Part shown: positions 1 to 11,119 of the stretch, one piece after another | Layout of the letters: each line of letters opens with the position of its first letter | How positions within the stretch are numbered: position 1 is the stretch's first letter | NCBI GenBank assembly: GCA_013265495.1 | Contig: MU058257.1 | Span: forward strand, 565,418 to 629,417 | Direction: 5' to 3' | Source: Vicugna vicugna | Lineage: Eukaryota | DNA length: 64,000 bases | The notes under the pieces: generated by a model | What the model saw: only the letters and a program-made list of their open reading frames with translations | What the model was told of the DNA's origin: nothing | Database searches by the model: none | Made by a program: the position numbers and the translations under genes

Positions 1-124
1 GCTCTGAGATCTAACTGCCACACTTGCTGGAGTTTGACAACATTTGTGTTAATAGACAGAAATCTTTTCACTAAAAGCGAAATATTTTCAGTGGTTTCTT
101 TACAACATTTCCTCTTTTGACAAC

Positions 125-582
125 ATGGCAGGTGGAATAATGACCCCCCAGAGATGTCAACAGTTGAAGCCCTGGGACCTGGGCGCATGTTACCTTACAT
201 GGCAAAGGGAACTTGGCGGATGTGGTTAAGTTAAGGGTATCGTGATGGGGGAGGCTATCCTGGGTTATCTGGGTGGGTCCCATGTAATTACCAGGGTCTT
301 CATCAGAGAGAGGCAGGAGCTCAGAGGGAAGAGAAGATGCGATGCTGCTGGCTTTAAAGATGAAGGAGGCAGACAAGAGGCAAAGGATGCGGGATGCAGG
401 CAGCCTCTGGAAGCTGGAAGGGGAGGGGAAAGGAATTCTCCCCTGGAACATCCAGATGGAACTCAGCTCTGGGGACCTATTTTAGATTCCTGACCTCCAG
501 AACTGTCAGGTGGTAAAACTGTGTTGTTTGAAGTCGCTAAGTTGGTGATCATTTGTTACAGCAGCAACTGGAAACCGATACA
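125..582 (+). mobile_element. MaLR solo LTR, MLT1D-like
   Basis: Starts TGGCAGGTGGAATAATGACCCCCCAGAGATGTC...ATGTTACCTTACATGGCAAAGGGAACTTGGCGGATGTGGTTAAG and ends TTTGTTACAGCAGCAACTGGAAACCGATACA, matching recalled MLT1 LTR termini. Confidence 0.85.
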
Positions 583-3194
583 GATAGTGTGGCAGGAAGA
601 TGTCCCATTCTGTGAAGTGTCAGCGCTGGAGCAGCTTCTCCCCCAGGCCCTTCCCAGTCTGTGCTAGGAGCCCAGCATCCTCAGCAGGGGATGGAGAGGA
701 CCAGCCAAGGCTGGCAGTACTCACAGGCACGTTTGGAGCTGAGGGCACAGGGGTTAACCTAGGGAAGAGACGCTTTCAGGGATCAGTCTGAAATGCAAGC
801 GGTGGTTTACCGGCAGCCTCTTAAAAGCTCATGACTCATTCAGAAATAACAGCATTTGGTCGATGAATATGTCAGACTTTCAGGTAAATTTAATCAATGG
901 ACAACCACGATTTTATTTTTCTCCAGACCAGAATTTCATATTACATTTCATGCCATTAGCCTTGATATAAAGTGGCGGCTGATAGCAGGCTGTATTGACA
1001 GGCCCTCTGGGCACCATCCAGCAGTCACCTTAAATCACTTACTCACCCGCAATTCATGGTGTGTAGGGGAGCAGGGAGTCACCAAGGGTTTAAAGGGAAA
1101 GCGAGATAACGGAACACTCGCAATCTTTCCTTTCAGTTATTTAACCCACCTTAGTTAATTAAAGGCATCCGATCACCTCCCAGCATCTTGGACTGTAACA
1201 CGTGTCGTGTCTGTTCTTAGCACAGTAACGGGGCCAGAGGCAGGTGATTCCTGGGGGTGTGGGGGGAGGGGATGACTGTGTCAATTCTGGAAGTCACTGT
1301 CCCCAGGCCAGCCTGGTGGTGTGCTCCCAGCTGGGCTCCTGTCCTGCTTTGATGCAGGAGATTGATCATGCAGTCAACGTCCGGCTGGTCATCACAGGTA
1401 TGAAGGTGAGTAAGGCTCAGACCCACTCTGGAGGGTCCTTGGTCTCAGCAGGATGAGGAGAAGTTTTAATTAGGGAACGCCTCTGACGTTTTTGAATTAT
1501 TTTTCATTGATGCATCATTTTGGTTTAGAAATATCAATGACAAGAAAACCAATGGTGACTTAAGAAGCTGGTTTCTAGTGGCTCTTTACTTTCCGGAGGC
1601 TGGCTACATCGGTGCCTAACTCAGTCTGAAAGTCAGAGTCTGCTGGGGTGATGGTTAAGTGAGGTGACAGACTCCCAGTGCTACGAGGTTCAAAGGGAAA
1701 ATACATCCCTAGCTTTCTCATGTTAACTGATCTGTCGTTGCAGTTGGAGTTGGTGGGGGCCCCTCGCTCCCACGAAGACCATCAGGGATCCATGTTCCTT
1801 CCATCCTGCTCTGTCGTCTCCTAGGGCAGGGAGGTTTTCTTTGCAGATGAGTTTTTTTTTGGAATGCCACCAGGCCCGTTTGTTAACATACTGTCCACAG
1901 CCGCTGTGAACACTGGGGTGCAGCATGTATCTTTTTGAATTAGGGTTTCCACCGGGTGTACAGGGCAGCTTTGTCCACTGTCATGACACCTTGCACCCCA
2001 GCGAAGTCTCTGCACAAGCTGGTCTGGATGATGACCTTTAGGCTGGAGCCAAAGTTGGGCCTTTGTTTTTTTCTCCCTGAATTTCTGCCCTTCTTATCTC
2101 TTCACTTTCCCTCCCAAATAAATGACAGGCAGCACACGATGTCGGTAATACAAGGCAAAGGCCACCAGTTACACACACAAGTGACCTGGAAGGGGAGCAA
2201 GGCAACGAGGGGATAATCTGTGTCATAAAGATAAAGTTGTAACCAAGGGCAACCATTGGAGGAACCTTCGAATGATGAGAAAAATGTTCTGTGTACGTGA
2301 TGTAAGTGACTGGAAGGAATTAACTTCAACATATGATGCAGAATGTCATTCTCGCACAGGGCCGATGACCAGAGCTGACTAGCCCTGGCCTCTGAGTTGA
2401 TGGGGAGGCCAGGAGACGCCAGGGAGGAGAGAGGTGGGCCTCCTGTCCCAAGAAGGAGGTAGTGCTGCCCCTCCTTTCTCACCAGCAGCCGGAATCCAGA
2501 AAATGCAAGAGAGATAAACGCCATGCTTTGCAAGGTGGTAAAACTGCCTTTTCTTTCAGGCTCTCACAAGGGAGATCAGAGAGGAAGGGACAGGGGCCTC
2601 CGTGGCCCAGTGCTGGCTCCTGGTTAGACTGGGTCTGAAATACTATGCTGTGATAAAGCCACTGACCTCCAGCGCTTCCTCCTCCTGTTCCTTCCCTTCG
2701 TGTCTCCATCCCTTTCCTCCCTCTCTCTCATGTTGTTTCTTTCTGTTCAAAAATCAAACACGAATTCCTCATGAAGACCAACCCTAAGACAAGGTCAGGG
2801 GAGCTGTGTTGTTCCTCCCTGGCGCACAGGGCAGGAGCTCTGTGAAAGCACGAGGTCAGAGGCGGGCAGGGCTCAGAGACGCTCTTCCCAGACGGGTCAA
2901 GGCTCTCCCCTGGCAGAGCAGTGTCATTGGAGGGGTCACACAACGCGCCTTCCCCCACTGCCTGTGCCTCCCCTCACGAGGACCACAGACCTGCCCTCAG
3001 AGGGTGACTTTCGTCTGGCCTCCCTGGTTCCAGCATTTGTACAGGGTCGCTGTGCCCTGATGGTGATGACAGCCCTCGCTCCAACTCTGCTACATTTCAA
3101 CGTCAAGGCGGCCAACATCCAGGGGCCACAGGGGGCGGGGACCAGAGCCTCGGGCTGGAATCAGGACTGCTAAGAGAGATCGCATCTCTGCTCC

Positions 3195-3270
3195 GGGGCG
3201 ACAAGTTATCAAGTGACTTAACTCCTCTAGGTCTTGCTTTCCTCACATGTAAAACGGGAGAACTAGCACA
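3195..3270 (+). mobile_element. MIR fragment
   Basis: CAAGTGACTTAACTCCTCTAGGTCTTGCTTTCCTCACATGTAAAACGGG resembles the MIR core. Confidence 0.55.
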
Positions 3271-3431
3271 GACGGTGGTGTCCCGCTCTAAGTCCCTGAC
3301 ACTCTGCTCACTCACGTTCCCGGATGAAGGGCACATGGAGAGAAATCGCTTCCTTTGTGCGTCAGCAAACGGGAGGGAAAGCGATACTCTGTCAAGGTCA
3401 GTTCTGCTGGCGGTCATCAAGCTTGTGAACT

Positions 3432-3986
3432 TGAGGTGGGAAGCCCCGTTAAAAAAAGAGACCAGCAGGACCCCCAGGCAGGGCCACTACTCTCCTGCCA
3501 GCACCATCCGGTTCCCTGACACAGAGGCTCTGTCTCACTTTTTGCCTCTGAAACGGCTTACTTCTAGGAAAGTAGAACTGACCCCTAAGATTCTATTGGT
3601 TCCCTGAGCTCGCTCCTGATGGGTTATTTCTCTCCCTCCTGATTGATTCATTTCTACAAAGCTTGTTCCTAATTAGTCAACTTCTGTTATATCTTATTTG
3701 CATAAGATGCTGCAAAGTGTAAACTGGCAGCCTATAAAAGCCTGTGTACACCTACAGCCGGGGCCCAGAGCTTGGAGTGTTAACTCCTCTGGGTTCGCTG
3801 GCATAGTAAACCTGAGTTCTCCAACTCTCCGAGTGCTGCTTGATCTCTTGCCGGGATCCAGGTTGCTGTCACAACTGAGCTGTAACACCAAGCTATAGCA
3901 CGGAGCTTTGTTAACACAGAGCTGTTAACACGGAGCTGTTTACACAGAGCTGTTACACCGAGCTGTAACACTTTTTTTCTGCAACA
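3432..3986 (+). mobile_element. ERV1-class solo LTR (copy A)
   Basis: TG...CA termini; 4-bp TSD AACT (3428-3431 and 3987-3990); TATAAAA 3733-3739; octamer ATTTGCAT 3696-3703; AGTAAA polyA-like signal; tandem GAGCTGTAACAC-like units near the 3' end; homologous copy at 56663-57133. Confidence 0.9.
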
Positions 3987-6900
3987 AACTCAGTAAACTG
4001 CAGTAATCTGGAAATGGCTGCCTTTCCGAGATGGTGTTTAAGTTTTCCAGTTGGGAAAACAGAGGACAAGAAATAACTGTAAAATTCTTTCAGGGAGACA
4101 TAAAATGGTGGAAATAGAAGTTTTGCTTTTTATAGGATCAAAGCTGTTGAACTAGTTCGTGCCTAAAATGATGACTTGTTTGGTCTTGTCTTTTTTTTTT
4201 TTTCCCTTAAAGAGCCAGGAAACCAGGAAAAGAAGAGATTTCTTCAGAAGTCAGAGAGAAAGATGCGCTATATGCAAGAAAGTGGAAGACAAAAGACACA
4301 TTGGTGGGAGACGGCAGCCTGTCTGCTGTTCCCTTGGGCAGCGAGCTCGCTGACCCAGCCTGCAGCCCTGGCTGGGGTGCAGGGGAAAATCCCTGGTGCT
4401 GTCTCTTCCCATCAGTTTCCCTGGAAGCAGGACTGGCTGGGGAAACTCGCTTCGGCTGTGCACCTGTGGTTATGCCACACACAGCTGTGGAAATTATTAA
4501 ACAGAGACATGGCTTGTGTGCTGGGAGCACACAGCACTGTGTCTTGCGGGTCTTCTCCCTGGATGCGGATGCCGGGCGCTGAATGAGCATCCCCATTACA
4601 GGCAATGTGACCTGGCCACCTCCCTTTTTTCTATTTATTTTTCTTTTGCTGGTTAGAGCTCCTGGTATGTTGCCCTTTAGAGCTCGTCTTATTCCATCTC
4701 TTTCCTCTTCTTCCTCTTTGTACCATCAACCCAGACACACATTCACCCACCCGCGTGTGGCTGCACGCACACACACGCTCACTTGTACACACACTCCTGA
4801 GAGTCCCAGGTTATTGCCGTCCGTGGTTCTGGTGCTCGGGCCACCCTGAACGTCTCCCCACACCACTCCCTAAAGCTGAGAGCTCACCGTGTTTGTAAGT
4901 GTAACCAGTTACTAAACGCTATGAACCTGGCGAGAAACACACATGAAATGGTTTTATTTTTTCCCTCTGAACCTAACGTTCCAATGTGCTTTGACACCAC
5001 TTCCTTCTCTCAGTGCTGGAAGTCGCCTACAGCTCCTCAGGTATTGTCAGCTATCCAAAAAATGCAGTCCGGCCAGATGAAAATGGAGGATGTTAATCTG
5101 CTGGAGGGCTCCCCTCACCGGGTCCTTCCCTGAACAGCCGTCCAGGCACCGAGGGTCTGGCAAGGGGCAGTGGGGGGCTGGCTCTTTCCTCTCTCTCACC
5201 GACTGCTGCTGGCAGGTGTGGCTGAGGGGAAGGGGAGGAGTGATTGGAGAGGAGTGCAGACGGTTTTATTCAGCTGTTGCTGTGGCCGGTCTCTCCGGGC
5301 ATCAGGGGGCTGACTCGGGGAGGGGAGGGGCGTGGCTGGGTACTTGGAAGGGTGATGGGCTGCCTCCCCCCGCAGGTTCCCGACGTGGGAGCCTAGCGTG
5401 GCTCCATGTCTCCCGCCCGCAGCTCTCCACCCGTCCCGCCTGGCTGCCACCTTCCACTGCGCCCTCTTTCTGACCGGCTGCATCAAGTCCACCCCCAAGT
5501 CCTCACTCTGCCAGGATCTCCCCTTCTCCGTCACAGCACTTCCCCCCCAGTTCCACCACTCAGATTTTGGTGCCTGTTTGTCCAGCCTCTTTTTCCTTGT
5601 GAATCTATTAAATAAGTAAAGATTGTTCATATATTTTTATAAGCTAGGATCGTGCTGTTCACGTGCCTCTGTGGAACTCATTTTCCCACTGTGTACCTGA
5701 AACTCTGTCAGCCATTCCGTATTCATCCACAATGTTTCCAGATCCTGTGGCCCTTGAGGACGTGGGGTTTTGCCATGCCCTTTTCCTCCTTCTCAGTTAA
5801 TGATGACAACTTCCCAGGGAAGAAGGAAGAGAAAGAAACTGAGAAACATATGACAAATCCTGTCCCTGGTGAATCTGGAAGACCAGGGTGCCATGTGAGG
5901 TGGACCCAGATGTTTCCTCCTTAGAACGGTTGATGGACAAGCTTCTGTGGGATTGGGGTGGGTGATTCAGGAGTTGGGACCAGGTGCAGCGCCTGGCGGG
6001 GTTGACCAGAAGACCAGAGCTGGCGCCAGGCCTGGGCAGAACAGGTTAGGGGGCCACTCCTCTGAGGCAGGTGGAACTTTGGCGATGTCACCTGGCCAGC
6101 CCTGTGTTCCCCCTTCACTGTGGAGGGGCACCCAGTGACCTGTGACAGCCAGTCCCTATCTAGGGGCTTTCCTGGGAAGCTTAACTTCTGTCGCTAACAC
6201 AGGCCAGGTCCAGCAAGCCCAGATGGTTGACATCCTACTTGGTGAGTCCCACCTGGGTTCAAATTCTCCTCTAAAGGAGGTGGATTGATTCCAGAAGCTT
6301 TGAAACCAGCCTCTCCCCACTGCAAGGACCTTCAGTCTCATGTCTGAAAAGAGAGTTACATTTTTCAGCCAGGATCCTTTAATGGGACATAAATGTCAAT
6401 CACTTTTATACTTCGTTATTCTGGATTCTCAGCCAAACCTAACTCCCACTGAGAGGACTGTATACAAGTACTACTAATTAAATTCATCAGCAGAAACTCA
6501 CAGGTTCTGTTCTTAATCACCATGACATAGGCACCCGAAGCACCGTTACTGGTTTTGTTGGATTACAGCACTAAACTTACTTTCTAGATCTGCCTGACTT
6601 CTCTTAAGCTTTCTGATTCCATGGTATAGCCGTCCACTGAGCACTTAAAAAGTGTGGGAGGACACACATCCCTTCTGGCGTGTGAGTGGAGGCCAGGGGC
6701 ACCAGGCCCTGCTATTCAATGAGAATGAATGATGGAATCTCCTTTGAACAGTCTGAGAGACAGCATTAACATGCTCCTTGTGGTCAAAGTGCATTTTATT
6801 CAGCCTTTGGGGCGTGTAGTTGTTTTTAGAGACGTGGTGTGACCTTTGGCATATCTGCACCTGCACAATCATAAGCCATTCCTTAAATCAAGATTTTCTT

Positions 6901-7569
6901 GCATTACAAATGCTTGGAGATAGTTTTCAAAATTATTATTCTAGTGCTGGTCTTCTCCCCTCCTTTCTCTTAAATAATCTGTTTTAGGCATTCAAAGGGT
7001 CTACTCATCCTTGGACCTGACTGTAGCTAATTTGCTGAGAGCCTCTGGACATACCCCAAGCCTGCTTAGGACATCTGCTGAGAAGTTAAATCATTTTAAG
7101 TGGAGGAATTAGGCTAATGTTTTCTGCTAAGGAAAAAAAAATCCATGAATCTTGGTATTCCGCACAAGACTTTTAATGGAGAAGATGAAATTATGCTACA
7201 GATATACAAAAGAAAAATAAATCCATCTTATTTTACTAGTCGCTTGACACTTTTATTTAGAAAATTTATATTTCCAAATGCTTCCTTCAGACATTACAGA
7301 TGCATTTCAACTGTTACTCTGTTAGGTTAACAGCCTCTGCGTTAAAAACAGATCAGCATGGAAGTAAGAATTGGGCAACTTTGAAGCAAGTAAGAAAGAA
7401 GAGAGGATTAAGCTAATGATAAGATGAACCAAAGAGCACAAATCTTTTTCTTGCAAAGACAGAGAAATTCTGACCTGCCTTAAAGATTCTGAACAGAGGA
7501 AGAGTCCCTTGCAAATTACTTCTGCATGACCCTTGAGCTCCCTAAGACGTGAACACGGAAAATCCAAAT

Positions 7570-9455
7570 GGGATTTCCAGTCAAGATGGCAGAGTAGCAG
7601 GACCACAAGCTCACCTCTCCACATGACTGCAAGAAAACCACAACTGAGTGCTAAACAACCATTGAAAAGAAGACTGGAATCTAGCAAAAAAGATCTTCTG
7701 CAACTGGAAACATAAAGAGGGAACCACAGCAGGACGGTAGGAAGGGTGAGCTCGCGTTATAATTGGGCCCCATTCCCCCTGGGTGGGCGACCCACAAGCT
7801 AAAGATTTGTGAAGTTGCAGAGGCCCTCCCACAGGAGTGAGAACTGAGCCCCATGTCAGGCTCCCCAGCTTGGGTCCTGGCACTGGGGAGAGAAGGAGAC
7901 CCCAGGACATCTGGTTTTGAAGACCAGGGGAGCTTGGTGCTGGGAGCCCCATGGGACTGGGGGAAACAGAGACTCCATTTGCTTGGGAAGCATACACAGA
8001 ATCTCATGTGTGCCAGCTCCAAGGGCAGAGGCAGTGATTTCACAGGAACCTGGGCCAGACCTGCCTGCTGGATTTGGAAGGTCTTCTGGGGATGTGGGGG
8101 ATGGCTGTGGCTCACTCAGGGGATGTAAAAGCTGGTGGTGGACATCCTGACAGTGTTACTCCCCGTGAGCTTTCCTGGAGGCTGACATCTTAATTGGATC
8201 ATTGGCACCAAGATTTAGCCCCACCCAACAGCCTGTAAGGAAGCATCAGGCCAGACAACATATTGAGTGGGAACACGGCCCCACCCATCAACAGACTTCC
8301 TGAGCCACAAAGGCCTCTGGACACAGCGCTACCCAACAGAGGTCCAGACCAAGCCTCACCCAGCAGTGGGCAGGCACCGGCTCCTCCTGCCAGGAAACCT
8401 GCATAAGCCCCTAGTCCAGCCTCACCCACCAGGGGCAGATACCAGAAATAAGAAAACAATCTCAAAGCCTGTGGAAGGAATCCACAAACACATAGAAAGA
8501 TAGACAATGTAAGGTGGCAGAGGAACATCTCCCAGGCCAAGGCACAAGATAAAATCCCAGAAGAAGAAATAAGTGATGAGGAGATAGGCAATTTATGTGA
8601 GAAAGAGTTTGGAGTAATGATGATGAAGATGTTCAGAGAAATCAAGAGGAATATAGATGAGCAGAGTGAAGTTTTTAGCAAAGAGTTGGAAAATGTAAAG
8701 AATACCCAAACAGAACTGAAGAACAATGTCACTGAAATGAGTAACACACCAGAAGGAACCAAGAATAGGCTAAATGAGGCAGAAGAACGGATCAGTGAGC
8801 TAGAAGACAGAGTACTGGAAATCACTACTTCAGAACAGAAAACAGAAAAAAGAATAAAAAGGAATGAGGATAGTTTAAGAGAACTCTGGGACAACATGAA
8901 GTGCTCTAATATTTGCATTACAGGGGTCCCAGAAAGAGAAGAGAGAGAGAAAGGACCTGAGGAAAATTTTGGAGAGATAATAACTGAAAACTTCTCCATC
9001 TTGGGAAAGGAAACAGTCACCCAAGTCCTGGAAGCACAGAGGATACCACACAGAGTCAACTGAAAGAGGAACATACCAAGGCACGTGGTCATCAAACTGA
9101 CAATTAAGGATAAGAAGAAAATATTAAAAGTAGCAAGAGAAAAGCAACAAATAACATATAAGGGAGCTCCCATAAGGCTATCAGCTGATTTTTCAGCAGA
9201 AACTCTACAGGCCAGAAGGGAGTGGCACGATGTATTTAAATTGATGCAAGGGGAAACTTACAACCAAGAATACTGTGTACAGCAAGGCTCTCATTCAGAC
9301 TTGATGGAGAAATCAAAAGCTTCAGAGATAACCAAAGCTAAAAGATTTCAGCACCACCAAACCAGCTTTACAACAAATGTTAAAGGAACTTCTCTAGTCA
9401 CTAAACCATAAGAAAAGAGAAGAAAAAGAAAAAAGAAAAACAAAGACCTATAAAA
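7570..9455 (+). mobile_element. LINE-1 5' portion (5'UTR, ORF1, inter-ORF spacer)
   Basis: Begins GGATTTCCAGTCAAGATGGCAGAG (typical L1 5' end), GC-rich 5'UTR, ORF1 homology, then A-rich inter-ORF spacer ending AAAGACCTATAAAA. Confidence 0.9.
8509..9397 (+). pseudogene. Disabled LINE-1 ORF1p (RNA-binding coiled-coil/RRM/CTD protein)
   Basis: ORFs 8617-9063 (RLNEAEERISELEDR, LRELWDNMKCSNICITGVPE) and 9085-9411 (ILKVAREKQQITYKGAPIRLSADFSAETLQARREW) are L1 ORF1p motifs. Start codon appears lost, in-frame TGA at 9061-9063, frameshift near 9250, terminal TAG 9395-9397. Confidence 0.93.
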
Positions 9456-9740
9456 GATTGCTTTGGCTGTTCGGGGTCTTTCGTGGTTCCTTATAAATTT
9501 TGGAATTGCTTGTTCTAGTTCTGTGAGGAGTGTCGTGAGTATTTTGATGGGGGTTGCGTTGGATCTGTGGATTGCTTTGGGTAGTGTGGCCATTTTGATA
9601 GTGTTGATTCTTCTAATCAAAGAGCACAAGAAATCTTTCCATTTCTTTTGTGTCATTTTGGTTTTCAGAGTGTAGGTAACCTCCTTGGTTAAGTTTACTT
9701 CTAGGTATTTTGTTGTTTTTGATGTAATGGAAATGCCTCT
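9456..9740 (-). mobile_element. LINE-1 ORF2 fragment (downstream of RT core)
   Basis: Minus-strand translation [11 protein letters not shown]...[24 protein letters not shown]...[15 protein letters not shown] matches L1 ORF2p. Confidence 0.9.
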
Positions 9741-9787
9741 GCCAGTTATAAAATTCTGGTTTTCGAAGTGAAAAAAAAGTGAATGAA

Positions 9788-9960
9788 AGGCTGCAAATGG
9801 CAAAATGTCCTTTTTTATGGGTGAGTTGTATTCCATTACACATATGTATGCTGCATCTCCATTATCTATTCAACTATTGATGTGCACTTAGGATGCTTCC
9901 ATATTTTGGCAATTATAAATAATAATGCAGGCTGTATGTATCTTTTTAATTCTTATTTTG
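9788..9960 (-). mobile_element. LINE-1 ORF2 C-terminal fragment
   Basis: Minus strand encodes degraded IAKIWKHPKC...[16 protein letters not shown], the ORF2p C-terminus. Confidence 0.75.
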
Positions 9961-10059
9961 TGGTTGGCTTTATTCCTTTGATAACTACGTAAATTTAAAA
10001 AGCTAAATCTCTAAACATTCTTAGAAACAATGAACAGTACATATATGTAAATTAAAAGA

Positions 10060-10405
10060 TATATGTGCAGTAAAAAAGTGAGCTATCAAGCCATGAAAGA
10101 CATGGAAGAAACTTAAAAGACAGATCACTAAATGAAAGAAGCCAGTCTGAAAAGGCTACAAACTGCACGATTCCAACCAAATGACATTCTGGAAAAGGCA
10201 CAGCTACAGAAACAATAAAAAGATCGTGGTTTCCAGGGGTTTGGGGAGAGGGAGGGTTGAACAGATGGAGCACAAGGGATTTTTAGGGCAATGAAATTAT
10301 TCTGTACGATACTACAGTTGTGGCTACATGTCATTGTGCATTTGTCAAAACCCATGGAACGTACAACATCAAGAGTGAGCCCTACTGTAAACTATGAAAA
10401 AAAAA
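10060..10405 (+). mobile_element. Old L1 3' end (L1MC-like)
   Basis: GAGCTATCAAGCCATGAAAGACATGGAAGAAACTTAAA...GACATTCTGGAAAAGGC...CATTTGTCAAAACCCAT...TGTAAACTATG, recalled L1MC 3' region. Confidence 0.75.
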
Positions 10406-10973
10406 GAACTAATTCCTGAGTCAAAATAATGCTAAAGGGTTTGGAAGAAAAGTGGAAACTATCAGCGGAGGCACAGAAGGAAAGGCCAGTGTGTTCATAA
10501 AAAAAACAGAAATCAGTAACAGAAACAATTATAAAAATGGTAGAATACATTGAGTGCTAACTGTCTCCACGCAGAATAAACGGGGGAGCTGAGGCTTGCT
10601 GGAGGCAACACGGGGAATTCTAGCTCAGGGATAAAAGGCATTCAGATTGGTTTTCAAATAATCATGGTAGTGGGTCTCTCATGCTGAGAAGGGTTTGGTT
10701 TTTGAATGGAACGGGCAGAGTTACCATCTCATTCCCTCCTGGGCCCTAAGGAGAGCTGAGCCATCCATGCTGTGATTCACCTGCTCGGACTCTCTGCCGG
10801 CCCTGCGCCATCCATTTCCCCGCAAGCAGCTGAGTGAACGTAGGGCGCCGCCCTCCTCCGGCTGTGGACACTCCACCTTTCAGTGAGGAGTCAAAGCCCA
10901 GATGAGCGCCGTGGAACAAAAATGAAACCCGTCCTCCTAATCTAATTGCTCTTTTTCTCCTTTGCTATACACC

Positions 10974-11119
10974 TTTTTTGTTGTTTTTTTGGGGGTGGGG
11001 AGTAATTAGGTATTTATGTATGTATGTATTTATTTATTTATTTAGATGGAGGTACTGGGGATTGAACCCAGGACCTCATGCATGCTAAGCACTCATCTAC
11101 CACTGAACTAAACCCCACC
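10974..11119 (-). mobile_element. tRNA-Ala-derived SINE (camelid Vic-1-like)
   Basis: Reverse complement of the GGTTCAATCCCCAGTACCTCC head plus (TAAA)n and A-rich tail. Confidence 0.85.

Noticed and set aside
3880..3972. Short spaced repeats (GAGCTGTAACAC units) as a CRISPR-like array
   Set aside because: Units of ~13-15 bp are tandem with no unique spacers, lie inside an LTR, and the DNA is mammalian.
8199..9173. 324-aa minus-strand ORF, the longest in the window
   Set aside because: It is the antisense of L1 ORF1; the F/S/L-rich low-complexity product is the expected shadow of an A-rich sense strand.
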